From Mobula birostris (taxonomy: Eukaryota): a DNA stretch of 64,000 nucleotides. Below, in pieces: positions 36,400 to 48,066 of this stretch. The first letter of the stretch is position 1, and every line of letters begins with the position of its first letter. The notes under the pieces were generated by a model. It searched no databases, had not been told where the DNA came from, and was given only the letters and a program-made list of their open reading frames with translations. The DNA is taken from contig NC_092370.1 of assembly GCF_030028105.1 (NCBI RefSeq), positions 75,442,098 through 75,506,097 on the forward strand. Direction: 5' to 3'. Position numbers and translations under genes: made by a program.

Positions 36400-37815
36400 A
36401 CATTCAGAAGCCACTTTATTAGGTACACCTGTACACCTGTTCCTTCATGCAAGTATCTAATTGGTAGAATCTCAGGCGGTGACGCAAGAGCGTACAGGAG
36501 TGAGATATGCCAACTAGTGGAGTGATGCCGCAGCAACAACCTGGCACTCGACATCAGTAAGATGAAAGAGCTGATTGTGGACTTCAGGAAGGGTAAGACG
36601 AAGGAACACATACCAATCTTCATAGAGGGATCAGAAGTGGAGACAGTGAGCAGTTTCAAGTTGCTGGGTGTCAAGATCTCTGAGGATCTAAGCTGGTCCC
36701 AACATATCAATGCAGTTGTAAGGAAGGCAAGACAGAGGCTATACCTTATTAGGAGTTTGAAGAGATTTGGTATGTCAACAAATACACTCAAAAACTTCTA
36801 TAGATGTACCATAGAGAGCATTCTGACAGGCTGCATCACTGTCTGGTATGCCGGGGGGGGGGGGGCTACTGCACAGGACCGAAAGAAGCTGCAGAGGGTT
36901 GTAAATTAGTCGGCTCCACCTTGGGTACTAGCCTATAAAGTAGTCAGGACATCTTCAAGAAGCAGAGTCTCAGAAAGGCAGTGTCTATTATTAAGAACCT
37001 CCAGCACCCAGGGCATGCTCTTTTCTCACTGTTACTATCAGGTAGGAGATACAGAAGCCTGAAGGCACACACTCAGCGATTCAGGAGCAGCTTCTTCCCC
37101 TCTGCCATCTGATTCCTAAATGGACATTGAATCCTTGGACACTACCTCACTTTTTAAAATATATATATTATTTCTGTTTTTGCACGATTTTTAATCTATT
37201 CAATATACATATACTGTATAAAGTATTCTGAATAAGTTTTACTTACTTATTACTATTTTTTTTCTCCTATTAAATTTATTGCATTGAACTGCTGCTGCTA
37301 AGTTAACAGATTTCATGTCACATGCCGGTGATAATAAACCTAATTCTGATTCTGATAATTGGCCAATTATGTGGCAGCAACTCAATGCATAAAAGCATGC
37401 AGACATGATCAAGAGGTTCAATTGTTGTTCAGACCAAACATCAGAATGGGGAAGAAATGTGATCTCAGTGACTTTGACCATGGGAAAATTGTTGGTGCCA
37501 GACAGGGTAGTTTGAGTATCTCAGAAACTACTGATCTCCTGGGATTTTCACACACAACAGTCTCTTGCGTTTACATCAGTGAGCGCCAGTTCTGTAGGCA
37601 AAAATGCCTTGTTAATGAGAGCAGTCAGAGGAAAATGACCATACTGGTTAAAACTGACAGGAAGGCAACAGCAACGCAAATAACCATGCATTACAAGAGT
37701 GGCATGCAGAAAAGCATTTCTAAACACAACACATTGAATCTTGAAGTGGATGGGCTGCAGCAGCAGAAGACCATGACATACACTCAGTGGCCACTTTAGT
37801 AGGTACAAGAGGTAC
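36400..37815 (+). mobile_element. Tc1-like DNA transposon remnant (N-terminal HTH region), split by a Rex1 insertion
   Basis: TIR-like gccactttattaggtacac at ~36410 and cactcagtggccactttagtaggtac at ~37781; MGKKCDLSDFDHGKIVGARQ..SISET.DLLGFS.TTVS. Confidence 0.85.
36465..37355 (+). mobile_element. 5'-truncated Rex1/Babar LINE with 7-bp TSD
   Basis: KELIVDFRKG..KARQRLYLIRSLKRFGMS..FYRCTIESILTGCITVWY; TSD taattgg at 36458-36464 and 37356-37362. Confidence 0.92.
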
Positions 37816-38814
37816 ATGTGATAAATAAATAAATCTAATCTAATCAAAGGTCTTTTTCCTCTGCTGTAGTGTAGTGCTCTATGGACCACTTGATACTGCT
37901 TCAGTAAAAAGAGGGGAGGGGTAGAAGTGTGAACAGGGCTCTGAAGTCTAACAAGATCCAAACACAGTCCTTAGAGACTGGTTACTGTTCTCTCACACTG
38001 TCAGTGAAGTGCCTGCCACCATTTATCCTGTTGGTGGGTCCTTGAGTGCTTTGCAGGCAAATGGAAAGTTACTGTAAGTTGAGGCATCAGCTCATTCATT
38101 ATGTCGGCAGCACGAAAGCCCCTCAGCAGAGCAATGGTGAATGGTGTCTATGAAACTATGTGCCTGGTTTCTTGTACAGGGGTGGTGCCTTAGCTCAGAG
38201 TTTGTATTCGTGAAATAGCACATGCACTGTTGGAAGAACTCATCAGGCTGAGCAGCATCTGCTGTAGAGAGGTGGACAGCCAACGTTTTCTGTTAAGACC
38301 CCTCGTCTGGACTGAAAGATGGGTAGTATAAAGAGGTGGAGGGAAGGGGGTGGAACGGGTGCTGGCAGGGTGATAGGTGGATCCAGGTGAGGAGGGAAGG
38401 ACAAAGGTAGTGTGGGTTAGAGTCTAAGTTGTTATTTTTCTTGTAGTTCAACTAACTTTATGCTTGCCTATATTTTTAAATAATCACCTGTTTATGTTTA
38501 ATTTCACCTATAGTAGTATAGCTAGTTCTGTATTTTTCAAGAGGTTTTTATGCAGCCTTTGCATAAAATGTCACACAACTGAACCTGGCTATTTAATAGG
38601 TTACTTATTATCAATGGAATATCCTTGATCTTTCTAATTTGAGTTAGTTTTTAGTGTGAGATGACCACAGTTTCTTTGTTTTTGTCTTTATCTGTTCATT
38701 GTTTATTCTCTCCCTTCCTTACACTAGAGTAGGTTGGTGACTATTTCTTTGTTATGAACACCGCATGAAATAGCAATCACACGATTTCCATACTCCTGTA
38801 CACTTCCTCCTCAC

Positions 38815-39445
38815 AGGAGATGGTGACGAGGAGTGAGACTGATTATCTGATTAAGCAGTGTCGTAACAACAACCTTGCACTCAATGTCAGCAGTACCAAG
38901 GAATTGATTGTGGACTTCAGGAAGGAGAAGACAGTAGAACACACACCAGTCCTGATCGAGGGATCAATAATGGAAAGGGAGAGCAATTCCTAGTTGCTGG
39001 GTGTCAACATCTCTGTAGCCCTGACCTGGGCCTGACATATTGATACAATTACAAAGAAGGCACCACAGTAGTTATGTTTCATTAGGAGTTTTAGGAGACT
39101 TGGTATGTCACCAAAGACTCTCACAGATTTCTGCAGGAGTACCACAGAGAGCATTTTAACAGGTTGCCTCACTGACTGGTCTGGAGCGGCCACTGCACAG
39201 GATTGGAAAAACCTGCAGAAAGCTGTAAACACAGCCACTTCCATCATGGGCACTAACTCCTCAGAATTGAGGACACCTTCAAAAGTCGATGCTTCTAAAG
39301 GAGGCATCCATTAAGCACCCACATAAACAAGGACATGCCCTCTTCTCATTGCTACCATCAAGGAGGTGGTACAGGAGACTGAAGACACACATTCAATGTT
39401 TCAGGAACAGCTTTTTCCCCTCTACCATAAGATTTCTGAAAGGAC
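38815..39445 (+). mobile_element. Rex1/Babar fragment
   Basis: MSPKTLTDFCRSTTESILTGC; GHALFSLLPS.R..RRLKT. Confidence 0.85.
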
Positions 39446-39744
39446 AAGAGGGGGAGAGCAGATGGGGAGGGGTCTTAGAGGGAAGAGTGTTTTCAAGTTG
39501 TTATTTTCTAGCCAGTAGAGTCACTGTTTCCCAGGAAGGCCAGGTTGATATAAACACTTAATACCACGTATGCTTCATCCACCTTACCTGCAGTTGGTTG
39601 CACAACCTCACTTCAATGTGGCAGAGACTGATACTGACTCACTCACTGCTGAGGAAGACTCCCCAGGAATCACATGCAAGTCATAGCATTCAGAAAGACC
39701 AACAGTAGGACAACCAGTTGGTGTACATGAAGGAGATGGAGAGC

Positions 39745-41440
39745 TCAGTAACATGTTAACAATGTCAGCAAAACAAAAGAGCTGGTCATTGACTTCAAGA
39801 AAGGGACAGTGCACATGCTCCTGTCCCCATCAATGGTGTTGAGGTTGAGAGCTTCAAGTTCTTTGGAGTGAACATCATCAATAGGATGTCCTGTTCCAAC
39901 TAATTGGTTCAAATGGCTCCGTTTATTATCAGAGAATGTATATAGTATACAAACTGAAATACTTGTCTTTGCAGACATCCACGACAAAAGAATGGACAAC
40001 AAGAAAACTTTGGAACCCCAAAGCCCCCTCCCATCTCCCCATGCAAGCAGCAGCAAGCGTCAACCTCAACCTCTCCCATACGTTTCAGCAAAATCCTCAG
40101 CACCCACCAGCCGCCAAGCAACAGCAAAGCACCCAAAAAGAGACCATGATCTGCAGTCAACAAAAGCTATAATTTACCCAACATTTCAACATGCCACAGG
40201 CTCCTCCTCTCACTAACAAGGGACAAAGAGACATCACCCATTTCTCACAGTGAAAGGGGAGACTGACATTCACTGTTAGTCTGCTGTGTTGCTTTATACT
40301 CTGAGATTTCAAGCCCGAAAATTGGCAGCAAATGCTCCCCCCCACTGAGAGAATGTGAGTATGTGACTGTTGGACTATAGAGACCTCCATTCATACATCC
40401 GCTGCAATGAAAAACTGATGTTCCTTCTCTCACGACGCTTCAGTCACTAACACCGACCGGGAATCAGTCATCCACAGGGTCACACAGGCCCAACCCCAGA
40501 GGCACCATCTTCTAAGCCATGCCTGCAGGATATCGGAAGATGGTCGGCTGGTGAGCTTCAGGAACAGGAACTCACCCGCCATAAAAAAAAAGCAGTTTGA
40601 GTGCCACTTGCAGATCAGGACCTCAATAGAACCCCAAATCACCTTGAGGAAGGAAAAAAAGAGACATTAAAGAGAGAAATTTAAGCTGTTTTCACAGATG
40701 AGCCTAAAGGGGCACACATCTTAACTGTAGACATCTCACTAACGCTTCAGCTTTTTCAGAAGGCTAAAGAAATTTGACGTTTCCGTTGATTCTCAGCAAT
40801 TTTTTTGATGTACCATCGAAAGCATCATATCTGAATATATCACAGCTTGGTATGGCAACCGCTCTGCACGTTACCACAAGAAACTACAGAGGTTTGTGCA
40901 CACAGCTCAGTACATCAGGGAAATCAGCCTCCCCTCTGTGGACTCTGTCCACACTTCTTGCTGCCTCAGTAAAACTGTCAGCACGATCAAAGCCCTCACC
41001 CCTCCTTGGACTCTATCTTCACTTTTTGCTGCCTCAGTAAAGCAGCCAGCATAATCAAAGCCCCCGCCCACCCTGGACCTCCTCTCTTCTCCCCTCTTCC
41101 ATTTAGCAGGAGATATAAAAGCTTGAAAGTATGTACCACCAGACTCAGGGACAACTTCTATGCTACTGTTATAAGACTACTAAATATCGTAGATCCCTGG
41201 AACAATAAGTTGAAGTCTTGCCCTCATAATCCACCTCGCTATGATCTTGCATCTTATTATGTACCTGCATGGCACTCACTCTGTAGCTGTTACACTTTAT
41301 TCAGCATATTTTTATTGTTTTATCTCGTTCTACCTTAGTGCACTGTGTAATGATATGATCTGCATAAACAACACAGAGGACAAACTTTTCACTGTATCTC
41401 AGTACATGTGATAATGATAAACCAATTCCAATTCCAATTC
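39745..41440 (+). mobile_element. Rex1/Babar fragment interrupted at ~39905-40715
   Basis: aatgtcagcaaaacaaaagagctggtcattgacttc; resumes ~40720; tail aaaccaattccaattccaattcc. Confidence 0.75.
39905..40715 (-). mobile_element. Non-autonomous repeat, copy 3 (more diverged)
   Basis: Reverse complement reads gtggatgtctgcaaag..gtatactatatacattctctgataataaa, like the ends of 7060-7730 and 26525-27335. Confidence 0.65.
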
Positions 41441-42946
41441 CATATGGTTTCCTGCTCAGTATCCGACATGAGAGAACAATTACAGGACTTTGTCAGCAAT
41501 CCAGTTCTAAACCGCCAGTAAATTAGAGCAAGCTTCAGGGGGATGATGCAAACCCACTATTAAATCAGTACAACTATCCTCCAGGCCCCAAGTTCCCAGC
41601 AACCACACTGACAACCTGTAATTAAGCCATCACAGAGCTACGCAACAAACATATGTTCAGGACCCCAGGAAATCAAGGGGAAAGCCACTGTAGGAACTTA
41701 CCATTATAGTATCAGTGATGATAACAGACTGTGGTTGAAGGCTGGGTCTGATGTTTCGAAGGAAGTGGAGAATTGCTCCCTGTGTTGATGGGGTTCATGG
41801 TGGATACCTCAGGCCTGGGCCTGAGCAGCCAGCCACTCAGTCACCCTCCCAAGAAATCTGATTGAGTTTTTCGAGAAAGTGAGTGAGGGGATTGATGAGG
41901 ATAGGGTGGTGAGTGTTGTCTACATGGAATTTAGCCAGGCTTTTGACAGGGTCCTACATGGTAGACTGGTCCAGTTTAGAATACATGCATCCAGGGTGAG
42001 ACGGCAAATTGGACCCTGTCTTGCAGATTAGAGATAGAGGGTGGTAGGGAAGGGTTGTTCTTCCTTTGGAGAGCTGTGACCAGTGGTGTGCCCCAGGGAT
42101 AAGAGCTGGGTGCTTTTGAAGAGAATTTAGGTGGCATGTGTTGGGGAGTGTTCTGGACTTATGTGGATAGAGCAGATATTATTCAAACAAGAACCAGTCT
42201 TCAGTTTTTATTGTAAATGTAAATATGTTCAAGATGCTTGCAGTTAGCCTTCAGTTATTATTGGAAATTGCAAGCAGTAAATTGAAGTTAAACTGGCCCA
42301 CAGACTAGACAATTACATATGCAACTGCCAAATGTTAAGACAATGGGGTTGTGTTAATTGGCCTGCATAAAACCAGGCAACATGGCTAAGTTACTGCACC
42401 ATTGTGACTTGAGTTCAAGCTAGCAGACCAAACTGATGTTGTCACTTAGCATATCAAACATGGTCATGGGTATAGGCAATCAATAGTTTTTTGTGTACTT
42501 AGAATATTTCTGTACTCAGAGACAGCCCTGACTACATTCATTTTGGATGTTTGGCTCTCCATCATCAAAAGTTTTTAGAATATTTGTGGTAATTATAGTT
42601 TCTCCCAGCAAAGCTGTTTGAACTTTCAGAGGTGTCTTATCAATTGCAATGTGCTTCCACTGTATATATGTTGTCATGGTCCGGTCCATGAAGTCCGTGT
42701 TCCGGTTCACAGTCCGGTCCATGGACTCCGGACTCCGGGTCTTCTGGCTGTCCCTTGTTTCAGTCGGGCTTAATCATACGCGCCTGATGCTCGTCTTAGG
42801 GCTGGTAATATAAGTGGCCCTGGGTTCGAGTGTGGTTGCTGGTTCGTCTCGTCAGTATCCTGTCCTCGCCTCTGTGGGGTAAGCCAGGCCTTTGCCGTTA
42901 CCCTGAGGCTGGACTGTTCCCTTCCCTTCCCCTTCCTTCTGAAGCC

Positions 42947-43033
42947 TTGCCTGCAACCTGAGTCTGGAGCTTTGCCTGCAACCTGAGTCTGGAGCTTTGC
43001 CTGCAACCTGAGTCTGGAGCTTTGCCTGCAACC
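42947..43033. repeat. 25-bp tandem repeat, ~3.5 copies, inside the LTR
   Basis: tttgcctgcaacctgagtctggagc at 42971 and 42996, with partial copies either side. Confidence 0.95.
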
Positions 43034-43176
43034 TTGTCAAGTTCTACCACCAGAGTGAGACCAGAGCTTAGCTGTGTCAAGATAAGGAACTGTCTCTCTG
43101 TGTCCATGCCTTCGCTACACATATCAAAGTTGCTGGTGAACGCAGCAGACCAGGCAGCATCTGTAGGGAGAGGTGC

Positions 43177-43212
43177 AGTCGACGTTTCAAGCCGAGACCC
43201 TTCGTCAGGACT
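43177..43212 (-). ncRNA. Minimal type I hammerhead ribozyme motif (Penelope pLTR)
   Basis: Reverse complement agtc-CTGACGA-agggtctcggctt-GAAA-cgtc-gact. Confidence 0.65.
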
Positions 43213-44127
43213 AACTGAAGGAAGAGTTAGTAAGAGATTTGAAAGTTGGAGGGGAAGGGGGAGATACAAAATGATAGGAGAAGACAGGAGGGGGAGGGAT
43301 GGAGCCAAGAGCTGGACAGGAGATTGGCAAAGGGGATATGAGAGGATCATGGGACTGGAGGTCTGGGGAGAAAGACAAGGGGGTGGGAATCCAGAGGATG
43401 GACAAGGGGTATAGTCAGAGGGACAGAGGGAGAAAAAGGAGAGTGAGTGCATAAAAATAAGTAACAGATGGGGTACGAGGGGGAGGTGGGGCATTAGCGG
43501 AAGTTAGAGAAGTCGATGTTCATGCCATCATGTTGGAGGCTACCCAGGCTACCCAGACGGAATATAAGGTGTTGTTCCTCCAACCTGGTGTGGCTTCATC
43601 TTTACAGTAGAGGAGGCCGTGGATAGACATGTCAGAATGGGAATGGGATGTGGATCTCCCAATGGCCACACATTTTAATTCCACATCCCATTCCCATTCT
43701 GACATGTCTATCCACAGTCTCCTCTACTGTAAAGATGAAGCCACACTCAGGTTGGAGGAACAACACCTTATATTCCGTCTGGGTAGCCTCCAACCTGATG
43801 GCATGAACATCGACTTCTCTAACTTCCGCTAAATGCCCCACCTCCCCCTCGTACCCCATCCGTTATTTATTTATATACACACATTCTTTCTCTCACTCTC
43901 CTTTTTCTCCCTCTGTCCCTCTGACTATACCCCTTGCCCATCCTCTGGTTCCCCCCCCCCCTTGTCTTTCTCCCCGGACCTCCTGTCCCATGATCCTCTC
44001 ATATCCCCTTTGCCAATCACCTGTCCAGCTCTTGGCTCCATCCCTCCCCCTCCTGTCTTCTCCTATCATTTTGGATCTCCCCCTCCCCCTCCCACTTTCA
44101 AATCTCTTACTAACTCTTCCTTCAGTT

Positions 44128-44163
44128 AGTCCTGACGAAGGGTCTCGGCCTGAAACGTCGACT
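44128..44163 (+). ncRNA. Minimal type I hammerhead ribozyme motif (Penelope pLTR)
   Basis: agtc-CTGACGA-agggtctcggcct-GAAA-cgtc-gact: helix I agtc/gact, palindromic ACGT in place of helix III, GUC cleavage triplet. Confidence 0.75.
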
Positions 44164-45194
44164 GTACCTCTTCCTAGAGATGCTGCCTGGCCTGCTGCGT
44201 TCACCAGCAACTTTTCTGTGTGTTGCTTGAATTTCCAGCATCTGCAGAATTCCTGTTCCATGCCTTCGCTAGGTAGGTCTGGCTGTTTGCCGCTACCTAG
44301 TGTTGGGAACCATCTCGTCGTGTTCAGCATTCTGTGTATGAGTCCCGGCCCTACGTCCTGTTCCCAAGGAGGGGTCTCGGCTCTGTGTTCCATGTACCTG
44401 TCTCTCAAGTCCAAGGCTCTGTGTTCCCACGCTCGAGACCACGGCTCTGTGTTCCTGTCCTCCCCAAGACCAAGGCTCTGTGTTCTGCGTTCCCGCCGTC
44501 CCAAGTCCAAGGTTCTGAGGTTCCTGTCGTCCCAAGTCCAAGGCTCGGCTGTTCCTGAGTACTAAGTCAAGGCTTCGTGTTCTCGTCCTGTCCATGTGCC
44601 TCGACCTATCCATGTGCTTCGTCCTGTGCTGGAGTTCCCTCGTCCTATACTGGAGTTCCCTTGTCTTGCCCAGGAGTCTCTCGTTCTGTCCTGTAGCCTC
44701 ACCTAGTCCTGTCTCCCAAGACCACGTCATGTCTTCGCCTAGTTCCGGAGTCTGAGCCCGAGTCAAGACCCAGGTTCTGGGTCCTTATCCAGTCTCTAGC
44801 TCGGAGTCCGAACCCAAGCCTCGTCATGTCCTCGCCTCAAAGAACCCAAGCCACGAAGAATCCAAGCCATGTCAGTCCTGTAGCCACGTCATATCCTTGA
44901 CTAGTTCTGGGGTCCGAGCCTGAGTCAAGACCCAGGTTCTAGGTCCTTGTCCAGTCTCTGGCTCAGAGTACAAGCCCAGGCTCCTAGTTCCCAGTTCCTT
45001 GTCCTGGTCCCGCTTGCTTAGCCAATGTCCTAGCCCAAGTCTGTGTTCTTGTCCCAGCTCCCTAGTAAAATCCTGTTCCTAGTACTTCAGTGTCTGTGTC
45101 TTGCATTTGGGTACGCTCCCGGCGCCGCCCCCCTGTTATGATATATGTACCTCAAAGGACCCACTTGTCATCCAAACTCCAATCTTCTGACACC

Positions 45195-46235
45195 CTTAGT
45201 GTAGAAAGTTGTCTAATTGGTTATAACAGGAATTTGATCAACTGGGGAAGTGGGCAAAAGAATGGCTGGTGGAACTTAACTCAGGCAAGTGTGAAAGGAT
45301 GCATTTTCAGTTGTTATACCACAGCAGGGCATACACAGTGAATGACAGGGCTCAGGGGAGTGTTAAAGAACAGAGGGGTGTATGAACATAGTTCCCTGAA
45401 AATTGAGACATGGGCAGACAAAGGCTTGTGGAATGCTTCCCATCATTGACTCTGCCTTTGAGGATGTGAGTTGGGATGTCATGTTACAGTTGTACAATCT
45501 GTTGGTTAGCTCACACTTGAATTATTGTGTACATGCTGATCGTTAAACTAGAAGAAGGTTGCGCTAAGCTAGACGACTCCCAAGAATGTTCCCAGGATTG
45601 GAGGGTGTGAGTTATAAGGGAGATTGGATAGGCTAGGGCTGTTGGCCTTACAGCAAAGGAGGGTGCTTTGTACAAGTATATTTGTTGCAGCCCAATAAAA
45701 CTCTGGTGAGACCACACTTGGAGTCTTTCTCTTTCAGTTCAGGTTACCTCATTATACAAATGATGTGGAAGCTTTAGAGAGAGTGCAGAGGAGATTTATC
45801 ACGATGACATCTGGATTAGAGTGCATGTCTTATGAGGAAAGGTTGAGCGAGCTAGGGCTTTTCTCTTTGGTGTGAAGGAGGGTGAGAAGTGAATTGATAG
45901 AGGTATATAAGATGATAAGAGGCATAGATAGATTGGACAACCAGAGACTTTTTCTCAGGGCAGAAATGGCTAATAGAAGAGGGCATAATTTTAGGGTGAA
46001 TGAAGGAAAGTACAGGAGAGAAGTCAGATGTAAGTTTTTATACACAGAGACTGGTGGGGGGATGGAATATGCTGTCAGGGGTGCTTGTAGACGCAGGTAC
46101 ATCAGTGACGGTCAAGAGACTCTTCGATGGATGAAAGAAAACCGGAGAGCTCTGTGGGAGGGAAGGGTTAGATTGATCTTGGAGTAGTTTGAAGGTTGAC
46201 ACAACACCATGGGATGAAGGGCCTGTACTGTGCAG
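45195..46235 (+). mobile_element. CR1 3' fragments
   Basis: LIEVYKMIRGIDRLDNQRLF.RAEMAN.RGHNF.V. Confidence 0.85.
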
Positions 46236-46309
46236 TACTGTAAACACAAGAGCTTCTGCAGATGCTGTACTGTTCTGCACTGTACTCTACTCTACTGTGC
46301 TGTACTGTA

Positions 46310-46805
46310 AACACAAGAGCTTCTGCAGATGTGGGAAGTCCAGAGCAACACACATAAAATGCTGGAGGAATTCAGCAGGTCACATAGCATCTATGAAAAT
46401 GAATAAACAGTCGATGATTCGGGCCCAGACCCTTCATCAGGACTGCAAAGGAAGGGGGAAGAACCCAGAATACAGGTGGGGGTGTGGAAGGAGAATAAGC
46501 TGAAGGTGATAGGTGAAACAGGTGGTTGGGTGAAGGGGGGGATGCTGGGCAGTGATAGGCGGAAAAGGCAAAAGGTGGAGAAGAAAGAATCTGATAGGAG
46601 AGGTGAGTGGACAATGGAGGAAAGGAAAGGAGGAAGGGAACCAGGGGAAGAGTTAAGCAGGTGAGGAGAAGAGAAGAGGCAAGAGAAAGGAATAGAAAAA
46701 CAGTGATGGGAGAGGGGAAAATTACTGGAAGTTGAAGAAGTCTATGTTCATGACATCAGGTTGGAGGCTACCCAGATGGAATATGAAGTGTTGCTCCTTC
46801 AACTT
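46310..46805 (-). mobile_element. Penelope 3' fragment
   Basis: gttcatgacatcaggttggaggctacccagatggaatat plus a degenerate hammerhead at ~46408-46445. Confidence 0.8.
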
Positions 46806-47824
46806 GTACTGTACTATGCTCTATGTATACATGCATATAAAATTATGAGAGACACTGTTACTTCAAATGGTCATAGTCTTTTTCCCAGGGTGTGAGTATC
46901 TGAAAGTAGAGAGCTTAGAGTTAAGATGAGAGGACAAACATTTAAAGATTTACAAGCCAAATTCTTTACAGAGAGAGTTGTGGATGCCTGGTGAGGTGGT
47001 GGAAGCAGTTATGATAGCAACTTAAATTGGCTTCAGATAAATATATTAACACACAGGAAACAGAGAGTATGGACCATGTGCAGGGCAGATGGGATAAGTT
47101 TAATTTGGCATCATGGTCGGCACAGATATTGTGAGCTGAAGGGCCTGTTTCTGTGCTACACTGTTCTACATTGTACAATGTACTATATATGATTTACACC
47201 TGTCTCAGGAGGGTCAATGCTATTCAGAGTTAAAGCCGCTGGTATCTTGAAAATTTGAATGTCCCGTATAGAATGAAGTGCAGGGATTACTGGAAGATTA
47301 GAGTGGAGCACTTCAAAAAATACAAATTTGCCCAAAGGTGGTTGTGCCAGAAGAGGGAGCAGGGAAACAGTTGTGTGTCTGAGCTCTCTGCTGGGTGTGT
47401 GGAATGAGCAGTAACCTTGTCCCAACTTGTTGAGAATGGCTTTCACTGGAACATCTGACATATGATCTGAGAAAGCACAGGGCAGTGCAAGGGCAGAGGG
47501 AGCAGAAGCAGCTTTATTGTCATTGTCTTATACAATGTGAAATGTGGTGTTTTGTGGCAGCAGCACAGTGCAAAGACACAAAATTACAATAAGTTACAAA
47601 ATAAATAAATAGAACAAAAACAAAGAAATAATGAAGCAGTGTTTGTGAGTTCATGAAGTGTCCAGAAATCTGATGGAGGAGGAGAAGAAACTATTCCTGA
47701 AGTATTTAGTACGTGTCCTCGGCTCCTGGACCTCTTTCCCAATGACAGTATTGAGCACAGGGCATGAGGGCACAACCCAGATGATGAATGTCCTTAGTGA
47801 GCAATGTTGCCACCCTGAGGTACT

Positions 47825-48066
47825 GCCAGAGGGTGGTGAATCTATGGAATTTGTTGCCACGGGTGGCAGTGGAGGCCAAGACATTGGGTGTATTTAAGGC
47901 AGAGATTGATAGGTATCTGAGTAGCCAGGGCATCAAAGGTTATGGTGAGAAGGTGGGGGAGTGGGACTAAATGGGAGAATGGATCAACTCATGATAAAAT
48001 GGTGGAGCAGACTCGATGAGCCGAATGGCCGACTTCTACTCCTTTGTCTTATGGTCTTATGGTCTC
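47825..48066 (+). mobile_element. CR1 3' end nested in a minus-strand Rex1 fragment (~47510-48090)
   Basis: QRVVNLWNLLP..AVEAK.LGVFKAEIDR; tail cttatggtcttatggtc. Confidence 0.85.

Larger units (their letters stand above)
43118..44256. mobile_element. Inverted dimer of Penelope 3' ends with 15-bp TSD
   Basis: Left arm on minus (43118-43654), right arm on plus (~43652-44256); GIY-YIG C-terminus ..RLEEQHLIFRLGSLQPDGMNIDFSNFR; TSD tccatgccttcgcta at 43103-43117 and 44257-44271. Confidence 0.9.
42672..45143. mobile_element. Solo-LTR-like element (~1.3 kb without the nested insert) with 5-bp TSD
   Basis: TGTCA...TGATA termini; TSD tatgt at 42667-42671 and 45144-45148; internal short direct repeats; gtgtcttgcatttgggt near the right end. 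Confidence 0.75.

Noticed and set aside
42947-43033. 25-bp repeats as a CRISPR array
   Set aside because: Head-to-tail copies with no spacers, inside a eukaryotic LTR, and no cas genes.
42898-44766. Long ORFs of 157-205 aa
   Set aside because: They run through low-complexity Penelope pLTR and repetitive LTR sequence.
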